DNA of 64,000 nt from Desulfobacterales bacterium (GCA_963668645.2 CAXXWC010000013.1:32001-96000), one strand, 5' to 3'. Counted from the stretch's first letter, positions 20,056 through 31,243 are shown. A program made the numbers and translations. The notes: generated from the letters alone by a model not told the origin.

Positions 20056-22827
20056 TCAAAATCCCGGCAGCTTCATCTTCAACGTCAGCTCACCGGTCTG
20101 CCGGTCGATTTGCACCGTCGGCTTTTGCTCTCCGAGCTTGCTGCCGGTGGCCATTTCCAGCAGGCCGCCGATAAACGCCAGGCCGGAATTGAGCACCGCC
20201 TCGACCCGCTCGGGGGGCTGGCGGCCCAACAAAGAGGCGGCATCCGCTGGCGGCAGCGGGTGCGCGCCGCCCAACGGCGCCTCGCCGGTTGCGGTTGCAG
20301 CGGTGTCGGTGGCCGCGGAACGGGTTGCGGCAGTCTTGACGCTATCCGGACCCACCCCGGCCCCGGCCTGATCGAACAGCTCTTCCCCACTGACGTCCAG
20401 CTTATCGCTTTCATCGGTCGCCTCACCGGTCGGCATCTGTAAATCGGCAGGCATTTCTTCGGCCGCCGCCTCAGCCGTTTCGGAGATGTCGACGGCCATC
20501 ATCTGGCGCAGCTTTTCCAGCAGTTCCTCGCGGGCCGACTGGTTGAGGTCGACCGCGTCGTGGGTACCGTCGAAGACCCCCTCGAAAAGATCGGTCTTGA
20601 GTTGCAGGCCCACCAGGATGCGCTCCTCGATGCTCGCCTTGGCCACCAGGTTGATCACGCTGACACAGCGGCTCTTCTGGCCGATGCGGTTGACCCGGCC
20701 GATGCGCTGGCGCACCTTGGCCGGGTTCCAGGGCAGTTCGAAGTTGATGACGCAATCGGCCGCCTGCAAGTTGAGCCCGGTGCCGCCGGCATCGGTGGAC
20801 AGAAACACCTTGCAGTCTGGATTGTTGGAAAACTCGTCGATCAGAGCCTGGCGCTTTTCCACCGGAACCTGGCCGGAAAGCTCGACATAGTGGATGCCGA
20901 CATTCGACAGATGCCGGGCGATCAGATAGGTCATTGTGGTCCATTCGCTGAAGATCACCGTCTTGCGTCCGTTTTGAACCACCACCTCGTCGAGGATCCC
21001 CTCCAGCTCGCTCAATTTCGGTGAAACGCTCGTGTTGCGGTCCACCAGATAGGTCGAATCGCAAACCCGGCGCATGAGCATTAGCAGTTCCCGCAGGCGG
21101 CGCAGGTCGATGGGGGTCAGATAGGTTTTTTTGAGCAAGGGTCCCAGGGCCTGGGCGTAGCCGGCGTGCATTTCGGCCTGCAAGGCGTGCATTTCGACAT
21201 AGTAGGTGTTGATCGTTTCTTCGGGCAGATCCCTTAAAACGTCCTCTTTGCGGCGCCGGATCACCAGCGGTTGGAGCCGCTCGTGCAACCGATTGAGGTT
21301 GCGGTAGCCGATGATTTTGCCCCGGTGTTCGCGGCTCAGCAGGTAATGGTCGGCGGCAAACTGCCACAGCGGGGCGAGCCGGCGCGGCTCCAGGAACTGC
21401 ACGATGGAATAGACGTCCTCGAGCCGGTTTTCCAGCGGGGTGCCGGTGAGCACCAGGGCGTGGCGCCGGGGCAGCGTCTTTACCGCCATAGCGGTCTTGG
21501 TGGAGAAGTTTTTGATGCGCTGGGCTTCGTCCAGGATGATCAGGTCGGGTTTGAAGCGCGTCAGGGCTGCCACGTCGCGCAGCACCGCCTCGTAGTTGGT
21601 GATCTTGAAAAAACTCGGGTCGCTGCGATACTGTTCGCGCCGTTGGCGGGCCCCGCCGGCCACCACCAGGGCCGTTTCATCGGAAAAACGCTCGATTTCC
21701 CGTTTCCACTGCTCCTTGAGCGACGCCATGGTGATCACCAGCACCCTGGTGAATCCAAACACCGTCTTTTTCTGAATGGCAGCGGCAATGGCCTGCAAGG
21801 TCTTGCCCAGGCCCATTTCATCGCCGATCAAGGCGGCTTCCTTGAACAGGGCAAAGCGTACCCCCTCTTCCTGGTAGGGATAGAGCCGCGTTTTAAGCGC
21901 CGGCGGCGCCACAGCGGCTTGGCCGGCGGCCATGGCAGCCATCTGGTCGCGTTCCATCTCGGCGGCCATCCGAAAAAAAACCGCTTCGCGGATGCGCACC
22001 GCTTTGACCTCTTCGAGCCGGTCGAAAACCGGAACTAAATCGTCCAGTTTCCGGCCGATAAAACGACCGTGGGCATCGAAGCAGGAATCGGTCAGCGCCG
22101 GGTCGAACTGCGGCGCCGACCGTCCGGTTTCGTAAAAGAGGCGCGGTGCATCCGTCTCGGAATCCCAGTAGAGGTCGACGAAGGGAAACTGCTCCCGGCC
22201 GGCTTTTTTTGAAAAACCGCTCTGCTGGCGCAGCACGGCGGCAAGATGGATGATGTGCTTGCAGGTGCCCAGCCGGTTGGTGAGGTAATCTGGACAACTG
22301 CAATGACCGATGCCCCGGGCTGGATCTTGCATCGTTACCCGGTACCGTCGGCCCTGGGCCGAGGTGACCAGGTGATCGCCTTTGAACATGTCCCCCCGGG
22401 TGATGGTGAAGATTTCGCTTTTGGCCCGCCGCTGCCGGTCCTCGACGGCCATGTTTCGCACTTCTTCGGGAGTCATGACCTCGTCGCCGGCCGGCGACGG
22501 CGGCAGGTTCACCTCCCGTGCCTTTTGCCAGCGCGCCAACAGATGGGCCGCGTCCAGCAGGGCCGCCACCGTATGCTTGCACCCCGCCCCGGGATAGGGA
22601 CAATCGCAACTGGTTTGGATGCCGTTTTCCGCCAGTTGTATGTCGATGGTGTAGTCGCCGTAGCTGCCGTCCACCAGGTAAATGAAGCGGCGCTGCTCCG
22701 GGTCGACCGCCTTGGGCACATAGGCACCGTTTTCGTAAAGCGACACGCCGCGCTCGAAAATCACCGGCGAGTCTGCCACCTGGGTTCGGATCAGGTCCGG
22801 GGTGAGGGTCAACATAAAAGTCTCCAT
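20056..22827 (-). CDS. SNF2-family helicase/ATPase with two SWIM zinc fingers
   Basis: CDCPYPGAGCKH and CSCPDYLTNRLGTCKH; DEMGLGKT, DEAQ, LTGTPLEN, GLNLQ and QRIGRVNRIGQ. Confidence 0.92.
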   Translation of the reverse strand: METFMLTLTPDLIRTQVADSPVIFERGVSLYENGAYVPKAVDPEQRRFIYLVDGSYGDYTIDIQLAENGIQTSCDCPYPGAGCKHTVAALLDAAHLLARWQKAREVNLPPSPAGDEVMTPEEVRNMAVEDRQRRAKSEIFTITRGDMFKGDHLVTSAQGRRYRVTMQDPARGIGHCSCPDYLTNRLGTCKHIIHLAAVLRQQSGFSKKAGREQFPFVDLYWDSETDAPRLFYETGRSAPQFDPALTDSCFDAHGRFIGRKLDDLVPVFDRLEEVKAVRIREAVFFRMAAEMERDQMAAMAAGQAAVAPPALKTRLYPYQEEGVRFALFKEAALIGDEMGLGKTLQAIAAAIQKKTVFGFTRVLVITMASLKEQWKREIERFSDETALVVAGGARQRREQYRSDPSFFKITNYEAVLRDVAALTRFKPDLIILDEAQRIKNFSTKTAMAVKTLPRRHALVLTGTPLENRLEDVYSIVQFLEPRRLAPLWQFAADHYLLSREHRGKIIGYRNLNRLHERLQPLVIRRRKEDVLRDLPEETINTYYVEMHALQAEMHAGYAQALGPLLKKTYLTPIDLRRLRELLMLMRRVCDSTYLVDRNTSVSPKLSELEGILDEVVVQNGRKTVIFSEWTTMTYLIARHLSNVGIHYVELSGQVPVEKRQALIDEFSNNPDCKVFLSTDAGGTGLNLQAADCVINFELPWNPAKVRQRIGRVNRIGQKSRCVSVINLVAKASIEERILVGLQLKTDLFEGVFDGTHDAVDLNQSAREELLEKLRQMMAVDISETAEAAAEEMPADLQMPTGEATDESDKLDVSGEELFDQAGAGVGPDSVKTAATRSAATDTAATATGEAPLGGAHPLPPADAASLLGRQPPERVEAVLNSGLAFIGGLLEMATGSKLGEQKPTVQIDRQTGELTLKMKLPGF

Positions 22828-22940
22828 CGGTTTGCGGGCTGAGGTTATCGTGTCAACCCCATCAACGCCATGGGTTCATTGCCGGAGGGATCTTATGGAG
22901 GTTGGGGAAAATTTGTCAATACGATACGCCGCCGGAACCG

Positions 22941-23280
22941 TCAGAACGCCAACGCCCGGCGCCACGAGACCCCGCACATACGGTCCAGGACGACCGGTTC
23001 ATCGATATCGGCGATGGCGATGCCCGGGGCGGCACGGTCGCCGGCCAATCGACGCCAGCGTTTCAGGCCCTTGAAATGGCCGGGCATCAATGTCGCTGTT
23101 GCCTTGATTTCAATGGGATAAAGGGGCTGTTGCGCTCGATGATCAGATCCACTTCCAGACCGCTCTGATCCCGCCAGAAGTAAAGTTCCGGCCGCTCTCC
23201 GCGATGCAGAAACGCTTTGACCCATTCGGAGACCACGAGCGTTTCAAACAGCGGGCCGAAAGAAGGGCCGCCGCTTTCAG
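22941..23280 (-). pseudogene. AAA+/DUF4143 ATPase C-terminal remnant, frameshifted
   Basis: GPLFETLVVSE...YFWRDQSGLEVDLII, then PIEIKATAT in another frame. Confidence 0.8.
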
Positions 23281-24075
23281 GCATACAAAGGTCAGCAGTG
23301 TGTAGCAGGATCTCTCCCCTGCGACGATTTCCATGGGCTTGGTCCTGCGCTTAAATTCCTTACTCCTCTGAAAACACCTTCTCAAGCCCGGGCAGACCGT
23401 CCATGCTGCCCAAGATCACCTGGCTAGCATCCAGCCCCCGGCCTTTAAGGTCCTTAAAGAACTCGCGCCAACTGACAGCCGATTCCTTGTCTCCGGACTG
23501 CAATCCCAAGACGGTCCGATGCCCGGATGCCGTCACCCCTATGGCCACAAGCACCGGAACCTTGTTCACCTCCTTGGCAACGCGCATCCGAAACAGCGTG
23601 CCGTCGATATACATGTACTTGATCGGTTCCCTGGACAGATCCCTTTGTCTCCAAGCTTCAACAGCCTCCACCAGCTTCTCACTGGCCTTGCTGACCTCTT
23701 CGGGCGAAACCCTGCGACCGATGAGCTTTTCGGAAATCAACGATAGCGTCCGTGTGCTCACCCCGCTGAGAAACACCAGGCATAGATCTTCCTGGAGGGC
23801 TTTCTCGTACCGCTGACAGCGCGGGATCACTTGCGTGCTGAATTGTCCTTGCCGATCCCGGGGCACTCTCACACGCACCTTGCCGATGCCTTTCATCGTG
23901 AAGCTGCGCCGATAGGAGCCGTTGCGATGGTTGCTGTCTTGCTCAGCCCGCGGGTAAGGAGCCCGGCCCAGGAAACGGGTCAGCTCGGTTTCCATCAGCC
24001 CGCTCAGGTACTGGCCGACGGATTCTTTCACATCGGCTCGTATCATCTCGAAAATATGGGCCGGTCGGGGGTGGA
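23281..24075 (-). pseudogene. IS256-family transposase remnant with an internal deletion
   Basis: HRNGSY...VPRDRQG...GVSTR...YIDG...DLKGRGL...DGLPGL, then a jump to EFKRRTKPME; the CxxH/catalytic-Glu region is absent. Confidence 0.85.
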
Positions 24076-24336
24076 TGCCATGAAGCAGACAGTTATTCTT
24101 TGACAAGAAAGATGCGGATGGTTCAAATGAGACGTCTGATCGCGCATCGGCCCTGCGGGAATCGCTGCTGCACGATTACGCCATCGTCCCGGCACGTTGG
24201 TCCATGGAGGCGGCAGCTTTCTTCTGCCTGCCCCCAGAAGGGGCCCAAGCTGCCGGGGTACAGACGATTTAGCTTATGACAACGATTGGTTAAGGTCTTT
24301 ATTCCGATGGTGCCAATGAAAGGACGACAGAACATC

Positions 24337-24687
24337 ATGAAACTGATCCATTACACCGAAGCAAGTGAAACCCGCATGGATAACGACGTGGCCAAGGGCG
24401 TGAGCGGCCGGGTGGTCATCGGCAAGGCCGACGGCGCGCCGCATTTTTGCATGCGCGTGTTCGAACTGGACGAGGGCGGCTGTTCGCCAAAGCATGCCCA
24501 CGAATGGGAACACGAAATCTTTTTTCATGCCGGCACGGGCGAGGTGTGGCGCGAAGGGCGCTGGGAGCCGGTCCGGTCCGGCTGCGCAGCCTTTGTTCCA
24601 GGCAACGAACCGCACCAGATCCGCAACGCCGGGCCGGACAAGCTCGTTTTCGTGTGCCTGGTGCCGGCCGGGGCCCCGGAGATGTAG
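24337..24687 (+). CDS. Cupin domain protein
   Basis: HAHEWEHE...G...P...PHQ cupin motifs. Confidence 0.88.
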   Translation: MKLIHYTEASETRMDNDVAKGVSGRVVIGKADGAPHFCMRVFELDEGGCSPKHAHEWEHEIFFHAGTGEVWREGRWEPVRSGCAAFVPGNEPHQIRNAGPDKLVFVCLVPAGAPEM

Positions 24688-24690
24688 ACC

Positions 24691-25134
24691 GTGGCCGGCC
24701 CCTACCGCAATCCGTTTCCCACCGTGGACATCATCATCCGCACCGAGGGCGGGATCGTGCTCATCGAGCGGCGTAACCCGCCCCACGGCTGGGCCATCCC
24801 CGGCGGCTTTCTCGACTGGGGCGAAACGGTGGAAGCCTGCGCCGTCCGGGAAGCCAGAGAGGAGACCGGCCTGGCGGTGCGCCTCGAAGAGCTGTTTTAC
24901 GTCTACTCCGATCCCCGGCGCGACCCGCGGCATCATACCGTCACCACGGTTTTCATCGCCTCTGCCGACGGCCTGCCCGTGGCGGCGGACGATGCCAGGT
25001 CGGCGGCGGTCTTTACCCCCGCCAGCCTGCCCCATCCGCTGGCCTTCGACCACGGGCAGATCCTCGACGACTATTTCCGCTATCTGCGCGGAGAACCCCG
25101 AAAGGTGATTTTCAGCCGCTATTTGCGGTCCTGA
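24691..25134 (+). CDS. NUDIX hydrolase
   Basis: [24 protein letters not shown]udix box; DPR and LAFDH. Confidence 0.92.
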   Translation: MAGPYRNPFPTVDIIIRTEGGIVLIERRNPPHGWAIPGGFLDWGETVEACAVREAREETGLAVRLEELFYVYSDPRRDPRHHTVTTVFIASADGLPVAADDARSAAVFTPASLPHPLAFDHGQILDDYFRYLRGEPRKVIFSRYLRS

Positions 25135-25152
25135 TTGATGCCGACATGCCGG

Positions 25153-25698
25153 TTAGTCGGATCCCTCCAGGACCCGCAGGGCTTCACGATGGGCCTGGAC
25201 GAAGGGATCCGCCGCCGGCCGGGCCGCTGCCGGCGGGCCGTGTGACGGAACGAGGAAAAAGTAGAGGGCCTGGACCAGGAAAAAGAGCCAGACGCCGGCG
25301 GCCCAGGCGATGGGGGAACCCGGCGCCAGCAGCGCCACCAGGCCGGCCCCGCCGGCGCAGGTGAGCATTTCGGCGGCCGCGGCGCGCAGCGGCGCCCCGG
25401 TAAAACAGATGCCGCTGCGAATCCAGCTCAGGGCCCCCAGCCCGAGGAGCAAAAAGGCGCCGATGCCGCCGGGCCACAGGGCCGCTCCCAAAAGCAGGGC
25501 CAGCGGAAAAAGGACCGGTGCGGTGCCCCTGGCGCTCCAGCGGGTCAACAGCAGCGCGTAGAGCGACAGATCCGCCCACAGCATCAGCGTGACGGCCCTG
25601 CTCCATCCGACGAGGCCGGCCAGACCCCAGGCCAGGGATATGACCGCCAGGGCGCTGGCGGCGCCGAAAACCAAAGTGGTGCGAACGGGTCGTTTCAC
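25153..25698 (-). CDS. Multi-pass membrane protein, last gene of the vWA-PspA operon
   Basis: About six hydrophobic segments; AGGAGG RBS and GTG overlapping the pspA stop. Confidence 0.7.
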   Translation of the reverse strand: MKRPVRTTLVFGAASALAVISLAWGLAGLVGWSRAVTLMLWADLSLYALLLTRWSARGTAPVLFPLALLLGAALWPGGIGAFLLLGLGALSWIRSGICFTGAPLRAAAAEMLTCAGGAGLVALLAPGSPIAWAAGVWLFFLVQALYFFLVPSHGPPAAARPAADPFVQAHREALRVLEGSD

Positions 25699-26240
25699 GG
25701 CGTGCCTCCTTTTTGCAGGGCTTCCTTGCGTGCGATCAGCTCCAGCTCGATTTCGGCCTCGTCGGTTTCCACCGGTCCCCACGGCCCGGGGTCGTCCCAC
25801 GGGCCGTGGGGGGATCTGCGGCCATAGGCCTCGGCCTTGACCTTGAGGGTTTCATATTGGAGCCGCTGCTCGGCAAGGGTTTGGCAAAGCTGCTCTTTCT
25901 CCTTGGCCAGGGTCTCCATCCGGCGCTCCATCCGGCCGGTGGCGGTGCTCTGCGTACGGCGTTTGCGGATCAGCATGCGCGCGATCTCGTCTTTTTCCTT
26001 TTGTACGGCCAGGGCCAGATCCTGCTCAAGCTTGTCCGCCTCCTGCCCGTGGGCCGAGATCCGGCCGGCGAGCTGTTCGAGGTGCTCGGTGAGGCTGCGA
26101 ACCTGCCGGGTCTTGAGGTCCAGGCCGGCCTCCATCTCCCTGAGATACTGCTTGAGCAGCAGCTCCTTGTCTTCGAGTTGATCCATCACCCCGTGCACGT
26201 CGGCTTTGCACAATCGCAGCATGCGGGTCATGATTCCCAT
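25695..26240 (-). CDS. PspA/IM30 family coiled-coil protein
   Basis: MGIMTRMLRLCKADVHGVMDQLEDKELLLKQYLREME is a PspA-type N-terminus; AGGAGG RBS. Confidence 0.85.
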   Translation of the reverse strand: MGIMTRMLRLCKADVHGVMDQLEDKELLLKQYLREMEAGLDLKTRQVRSLTEHLEQLAGRISAHGQEADKLEQDLALAVQKEKDEIARMLIRKRRTQSTATGRMERRMETLAKEKEQLCQTLAEQRLQYETLKVKAEAYGRRSPHGPWDDPGPWGPVETDEAEIELELIARKEALQKGGTP

Positions 26241-26292
26241 GATGGGCCTCCTTGTTTTCTGCGCGGTGGCATGAAGATAGAAAATCGTATGA

Positions 26293-27705
26293 TCAAAGCT
26301 TTTTGTCCCGGCGCAGGCGATAGCCTTCATACTGGAGGGACTTGGCTGCCGCCTTCTGCTTTTGGGCCGCAGCGGCCGGCGGGCCGGCAAAGGCCTCGTC
26401 GATCTGCTGGCGCAGGGCCGGCACCTCGGCGTCCAGGTTGGCGGCCACCTTGGACGAGCCGACCACCGCGTTGAGCGTGTTCTGGCGCTTTTCGTACGCC
26501 TGGATGCGGGCCTGGGCCCCATCCCGGTCCCCGCTGCGGATGTCGGCGGCCACTTCTTCCTTCAGCCGGCTGAATTCCCCGCGGACCACCTGATCGGCCC
26601 ATCGATCCTTCTTGATGCTGGCCGCCACCGCCGCCGGATCGGCCACGCAGGCTACGGTCAACGGCCGGGGCGCATCTACCACGCTGAGCACCTTGTCCTC
26701 CTTTTGGTGGTAGAGCATCCGGGCGCGGCCCAGGACGATTTCGCGCACCTCATCGGCCGGAACCTGGAAGGTGAGATAGATAGCCCGCTGCTGGCCGCAG
26801 AGCAGATCGCCCGGGCGGATCACGGCCGTGTTGTTTTTGGCGGCGATGGGATAGCCGCCGGCATCGATCAGGCGAACCCCGGGTTCCAGGGCCAGGCGCA
26901 GGGCCACATCGGCGGCTGCCACCCGGCGGGCGGACTGCAATTCGCCTTCAAAGACCCGGGCGAAGGTTTGGGGATCTTCCAGAAAATAGTAATGGCCCGC
27001 GCCCCGGTCCGCGATGGCGGTCATCAGCACCTCGTTGAAATCCAGCCCCACCCCCACCGTGGTGATGGAAAAACGGTTTTCCACTGCCGCGGCGGCCATG
27101 CGGCCCAGCAGGAGGGGATCGGTCACGCCCTGGTTGGCAAGACCGTCGGAGATCAGAATCACCTTGCGCTGCCGGACCTCGGCCGGGGTTTGCACCAGCA
27201 GTTGAATGCCGCGTTCCAGCCCCGCGCCGAGGTTGGTGCCGCCCCCGGCGCGAACAGACGCCACCGCGGCGGCGGTACGCTCCCGGCTGGCAGAGGTCAT
27301 GTCCAGCAGCGGCAGGTCGGTTTGAACCGTGTTGGCATAGGTCACCAGGGCCAGGCGGTCGTTGGCCTTGAGCCGGTCGAGGAGCCGGCGCACGGCACTG
27401 CGCGCATCGTCCAGTTTACGGCCCTGCATGGAGCCGCTACGGTCCAAAACGATCACCAGGTCCACGGGTTGGTCGGGCGGATCCTTGAGCAAAGGCCGGT
27501 CGGCGGCGGTCAGGTTCAGGACCGCGGTGACCTGCCCGTCGCCGCCCTGAAGCACCTTGTCCTGGATCGTCTCGAGGTTCAGGGCGACCTGTTGATCGGC
27601 GCCGGCCGTGGCGGCGGGCTGCATGGCCCCGAGGGCGGCCAGGGCCGCTGTGGTAATCAGGATCAGGCTCAAAACGGCCAGCAGACTTTTTTTGCGGGTT
27701 GACAT
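26293..27705 (-). CDS. Exported von Willebrand A domain protein (YfbK-like)
   Basis: Signal/anchor sequence; MIDAS DRSGS, GGTN, ISDGLAN and TVGVG. Confidence 0.88.
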   Translation of the reverse strand: MSTRKKSLLAVLSLILITTAALAALGAMQPAATAGADQQVALNLETIQDKVLQGGDGQVTAVLNLTAADRPLLKDPPDQPVDLVIVLDRSGSMQGRKLDDARSAVRRLLDRLKANDRLALVTYANTVQTDLPLLDMTSASRERTAAAVASVRAGGGTNLGAGLERGIQLLVQTPAEVRQRKVILISDGLANQGVTDPLLLGRMAAAAVENRFSITTVGVGLDFNEVLMTAIADRGAGHYYFLEDPQTFARVFEGELQSARRVAAADVALRLALEPGVRLIDAGGYPIAAKNNTAVIRPGDLLCGQQRAIYLTFQVPADEVREIVLGRARMLYHQKEDKVLSVVDAPRPLTVACVADPAAVAASIKKDRWADQVVRGEFSRLKEEVAADIRSGDRDGAQARIQAYEKRQNTLNAVVGSSKVAANLDAEVPALRQQIDEAFAGPPAAAAQKQKAAAKSLQYEGYRLRRDKKL

Positions 27706-27929
27706 GGCGATTCTCCTCTCTTTGGGGTCGATGGGCGCCGGCAGGCTCCGGGGCCGGCTCATGGGGTGGATTGTAGGCGGGCCGGCGGCAAACACAATTC
27801 AAACAAATGCAAAAGGTTAGCCCTCATTTTTTGCATAAGTTTTGCTTTGACCGGCACGCCGGCGATGGTATGGGTAAGGATCGGCAGGCAACCGGTGGCA
27901 TACGATTCGGCGGCGGAAAGGAGGCAGCG

Positions 27930-28628
27930 ATGGACCAGGCCAAGGCCCACATCCTGGTGGTGGAGGACGATCCGGCGATCTTGAGGGGGCTTTGCGATGT
28001 GCTGGTTTTCAACGGCTACCGGGCCCAAGGGGTCGCCGACGGCCTCGACGGCTGCCAGGCCGCCTTGAGCGGGAACCATGACCTGGTGCTGCTGGACGTG
28101 ATGCTGCCGCGCATGGACGGGTTTGCCATCTGCCGCGAGATCCGCCGCCAGCGGCCGACCCAGCCGGTGATCATGCTCACGGCCAAGGGTTCGGAAGACG
28201 ATGTCGTCGCCGGATTTAGCGCCGGTGCGGACGATTACGTGAGCAAACCCTTTTCCCTGCGCGAACTGATGGTGCGGGTGGAGGCCGTGTTAAGAAGAAG
28301 CGGCAAGCCGCTGGGCGACGAGAAGATCCGCTGGGGCGAGGTCCTTTTCGACGGGCTCAACCTCCAGGCCACCTGCCGGGACCGCAGCGAAGCCCTCACC
28401 CGCCGGGAGATGGACATTCTCATCTATCTGTTCCGCCATCGGGATCGCATCGTCTCCAAGGGCGAACTGCTCACCGAGGTCTGGCATTACAAGGACCCGG
28501 ACATGGAAACGCGCACGGTGGACATCCACCTGCTCAAGCTGAAAAAGAAAATCGCCGCCCTGGCCGGCGGCCTGGCGCCGATCCAGACCGTGCGCGGCGA
28601 GGGATACCGCCTGGAGTCCGATCCTTGA
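27930..28628 (+). CDS. OmpR-family response regulator
   Basis: VVEDD, LLDVMLP, KPF, RTVDIH and TVRGEGY. Confidence 0.93.
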   Translation: MDQAKAHILVVEDDPAILRGLCDVLVFNGYRAQGVADGLDGCQAALSGNHDLVLLDVMLPRMDGFAICREIRRQRPTQPVIMLTAKGSEDDVVAGFSAGADDYVSKPFSLRELMVRVEAVLRRSGKPLGDEKIRWGEVLFDGLNLQATCRDRSEALTRREMDILIYLFRHRDRIVSKGELLTEVWHYKDPDMETRTVDIHLLKLKKKIAALAGGLAPIQTVRGEGYRLESDP

Positions 28629-30528
28629 AAAAGCTGCGTTTCTACATGATCGTTTTCGCCGTCCTGGTTTCGCTGCCCCTGGCGTTCGTGGCCTGGCGGA
28701 CCTACGCGGCCCTCGACCGGGAGGCCGAGGCCCAGATGCGCTTTTTCGCCGAACGGCTGCTGGACGAGATCGAGGCCGAACTGGGCGACCTGGTGCGCCG
28801 CGAGGAGAACCGGGCCGTGGACGAATATCGCCACAGCCTGGTCCACGACGGAAAGACGGTGCCCTCCCCCCTTGCCGGTCCGCCTGCCGAGAGCTTTATC
28901 GCGGGCTATTTTCAAAACAACCCGGACGGCTCCTTCCAGACCCCGCTGGCAGAAGACCCGCAGGCGGCGCCGGTCGAGTTCGACGAAAGGGTGCGCCGCT
29001 TGCAGGCGGCCAACGCCATCTTCAACCGGCGCAAGCACGGGGCCCAACCGCCGCCGCCCGCCCCGGCCGGGGCGCCAAAAGCGGAGCAGACCGCCGAAAA
29101 GGCGCAAACCTCGTTTGCCGACCGCTTCATCAAGACCCCGGAGCGAAGCAAAGCCAAGTCCATCCTCGGCCAGCAGCAGCCCCGCCTGGAAGAGATCACC
29201 CCGGGCCAGGCCCTGAACCTGACCCGGCAGGAATATGCGCCCCAGAAGCTGCAAAAGGAGCAGTCAAAACAAGGCGAGGCGCAGCGCTATCCCGCCTTGT
29301 CATCGGCCCGCGGCCCGTTGACAGTCGCGGCGGATGCCGAGCAGCCGGCGGCGGCGCAAAGTGCCGCGGTCCCCATCGATGACCGCTTCCAGGTCGAAGT
29401 GGCCCCCTTGCAGGCCGTGGCCATCGATGGCGAGCAGGTGTTCGTCTTCAGGAGAGTCGGCATCGGCGGCCGGATCTACCGCCAGGGTTTCGTGATCCGG
29501 CTGGGGGCCTTTATCGACCATCTGCTTGCCACTTATTACGATCCCCAACCCATCGCCCGCTACACTATGTTGACCCTCAATGCCGGCGGCCGGACGGCCA
29601 CCCGGGGCCGCAGCTCCGGCAGCGGCGGCGCCCCGGCCGCGATCCGGCTTGCCGAACGGACGGTTTTCCCGCGCCCTTCGGGTTTCTCGGCGCCAGGATG
29701 GAGGCCATTTCGCTGCCCCCGTCCCCGGCCCGCCAGGCCCTGACCCTGGCCCTGGCGCTCCTTTGCATCGTGCTGGCCGCGGGGCTGGCGGCCATCTACC
29801 GCAGCGCCCGGGCTGTTCTGGATCTGTCCGAGCGCCGCTCCCGGTTCGTGTCGGCCGTTACCCACGAACTCAAAACCCCCCTGACCAACATCCGCATGTA
29901 CGTCGAGATGCTCGATCAGGGCATCGCCGCCACCCCGCAGCGCGAACAGGAATACCTGGGCGTCCTGGCCGCCGAGAGCGCGCGCCTGTCTGGACTGATC
30001 GACAACGTGCTTGAATTGTCGCGCCTGGAAAAACGGACCCGGCGCTTCACCCTCCGGCAAGGCGACCTGAGCGACGTGCTCAAAGAGGTGCAATCGCTCA
30101 TGGCCGCCCCCCTGGCCAGGGAAGGATTCGAGCTGAAGATCGAGGCCGGCCGGGTGCCGCTTTTCGCCTACGACCGCGACGTGCTGGTCCAGATCCTGAT
30201 CAACCTGATGGAAAACAGCCTCAAGTTCGGCCGCCAAGCCCCCCGAAAGCGCATTGTCATCGCGGCCCGGGCAGACGGGGACCATGTCACCCTGAGCGTG
30301 TGCGACAGCGGCCCGGGGATTCCCAAGCGCGCGTTGAAGCGCATCTTCGATGATTTTTACCGCGTCGACGGCGATCTTGCCCGCACCACCGGCGGCACGG
30401 GCCTCGGCCTGGCCCTGGTGAAAAAATTCGCTGCGGCCATGGGCGGCAGGGTCTGGGCCCAAAACAACGACGGCCCCGGCTGCACCATCGGGGTCAGTTT
30501 GCCGATCAATCCGAATCCAACCCGCTGA
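28625..30528 (+). pseudogene. Sensor histidine kinase with a frameshift at ~29663
   Basis: TM plus periplasmic domain in one frame; second TM, HELKTPL, N box and G boxes in another. Confidence 0.8.
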
Positions 30529-30895
30529 CCGTCCGGGCGGCGCCGGGCCCGGACGGGGTCAGACCCCGCTTGGGGCACGGCAGGCAGACCGGATCCGGTG
30601 TGCCGGCGGCCAGGGCCTGGCGAAAGCGGCAGTAGGCGGGATCTTGCCAGATCGCCAGCGGGTCGGCGGTGTCCAGGTGGCCGAACACGCGGCGCCGGTG
30701 ATCCGCCCGTGAGCTGGGGATGTTGGTGTATACACAGGGGGACACGGCTCCGGCGGCAGATACGAAAAGGCTGCGCTGGATGTTTTCGCTGCAACCGGGA
30801 GCGGCCGTTTCGAGGGGAGAAAAGCGGTAGTGAAGGTCAAGTCCCCGGGCCCGGGCCTCTGCCGCGGCGCCGGCCAGCAGTTCGGCCCCGCGCCG
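30506..30895 (-). pseudogene. Radical SAM SPASM/twitch C-terminal remnant
   Basis: C...LFVSAAGAVSPC...FGHL...IWQ...FR...CLPC; no CxxxCxxC core. Confidence 0.75.
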
Positions 30896-30897
30896 GC

Positions 30898-31243
30898 AAC
30901 CTTGGATGTCATGGGCATCGAAGGTTTCGACCGCCAGGGACGGATCGAGGTGATCACCCGTTTTCAGGCCGGGGCGGTGGAGATCGTTTTCCGCGACGAT
31001 GGCGTCGGCATCCCGCCGCACGCATCCCAGCGCATCTTCGATCCTTTTTTCAGCACCAAACCTACGGGAGAAGGGACCGGACTCGGGCTGTCGGTCAGTT
31101 ACGGGATTGTAAAAGACCACGGCGGCGAGATCCGCATGACCAGCAAACCCGGGCACTGGACCGAGTTCGTCGTGGTATTGCCCGAGACCGCCGGAGAGGA
31201 CGCCGGTTCCGGCAATCACCGCGCTGGTGGGGGACGGCCATGA
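30898..31243 (+). pseudogene. NtrB-type histidine kinase HATPase_c remnant
   Basis: DDGVGIP...IFDPFFSTK...GTGLGLSVSYGIVKDHGG; no His box. Confidence 0.85.
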
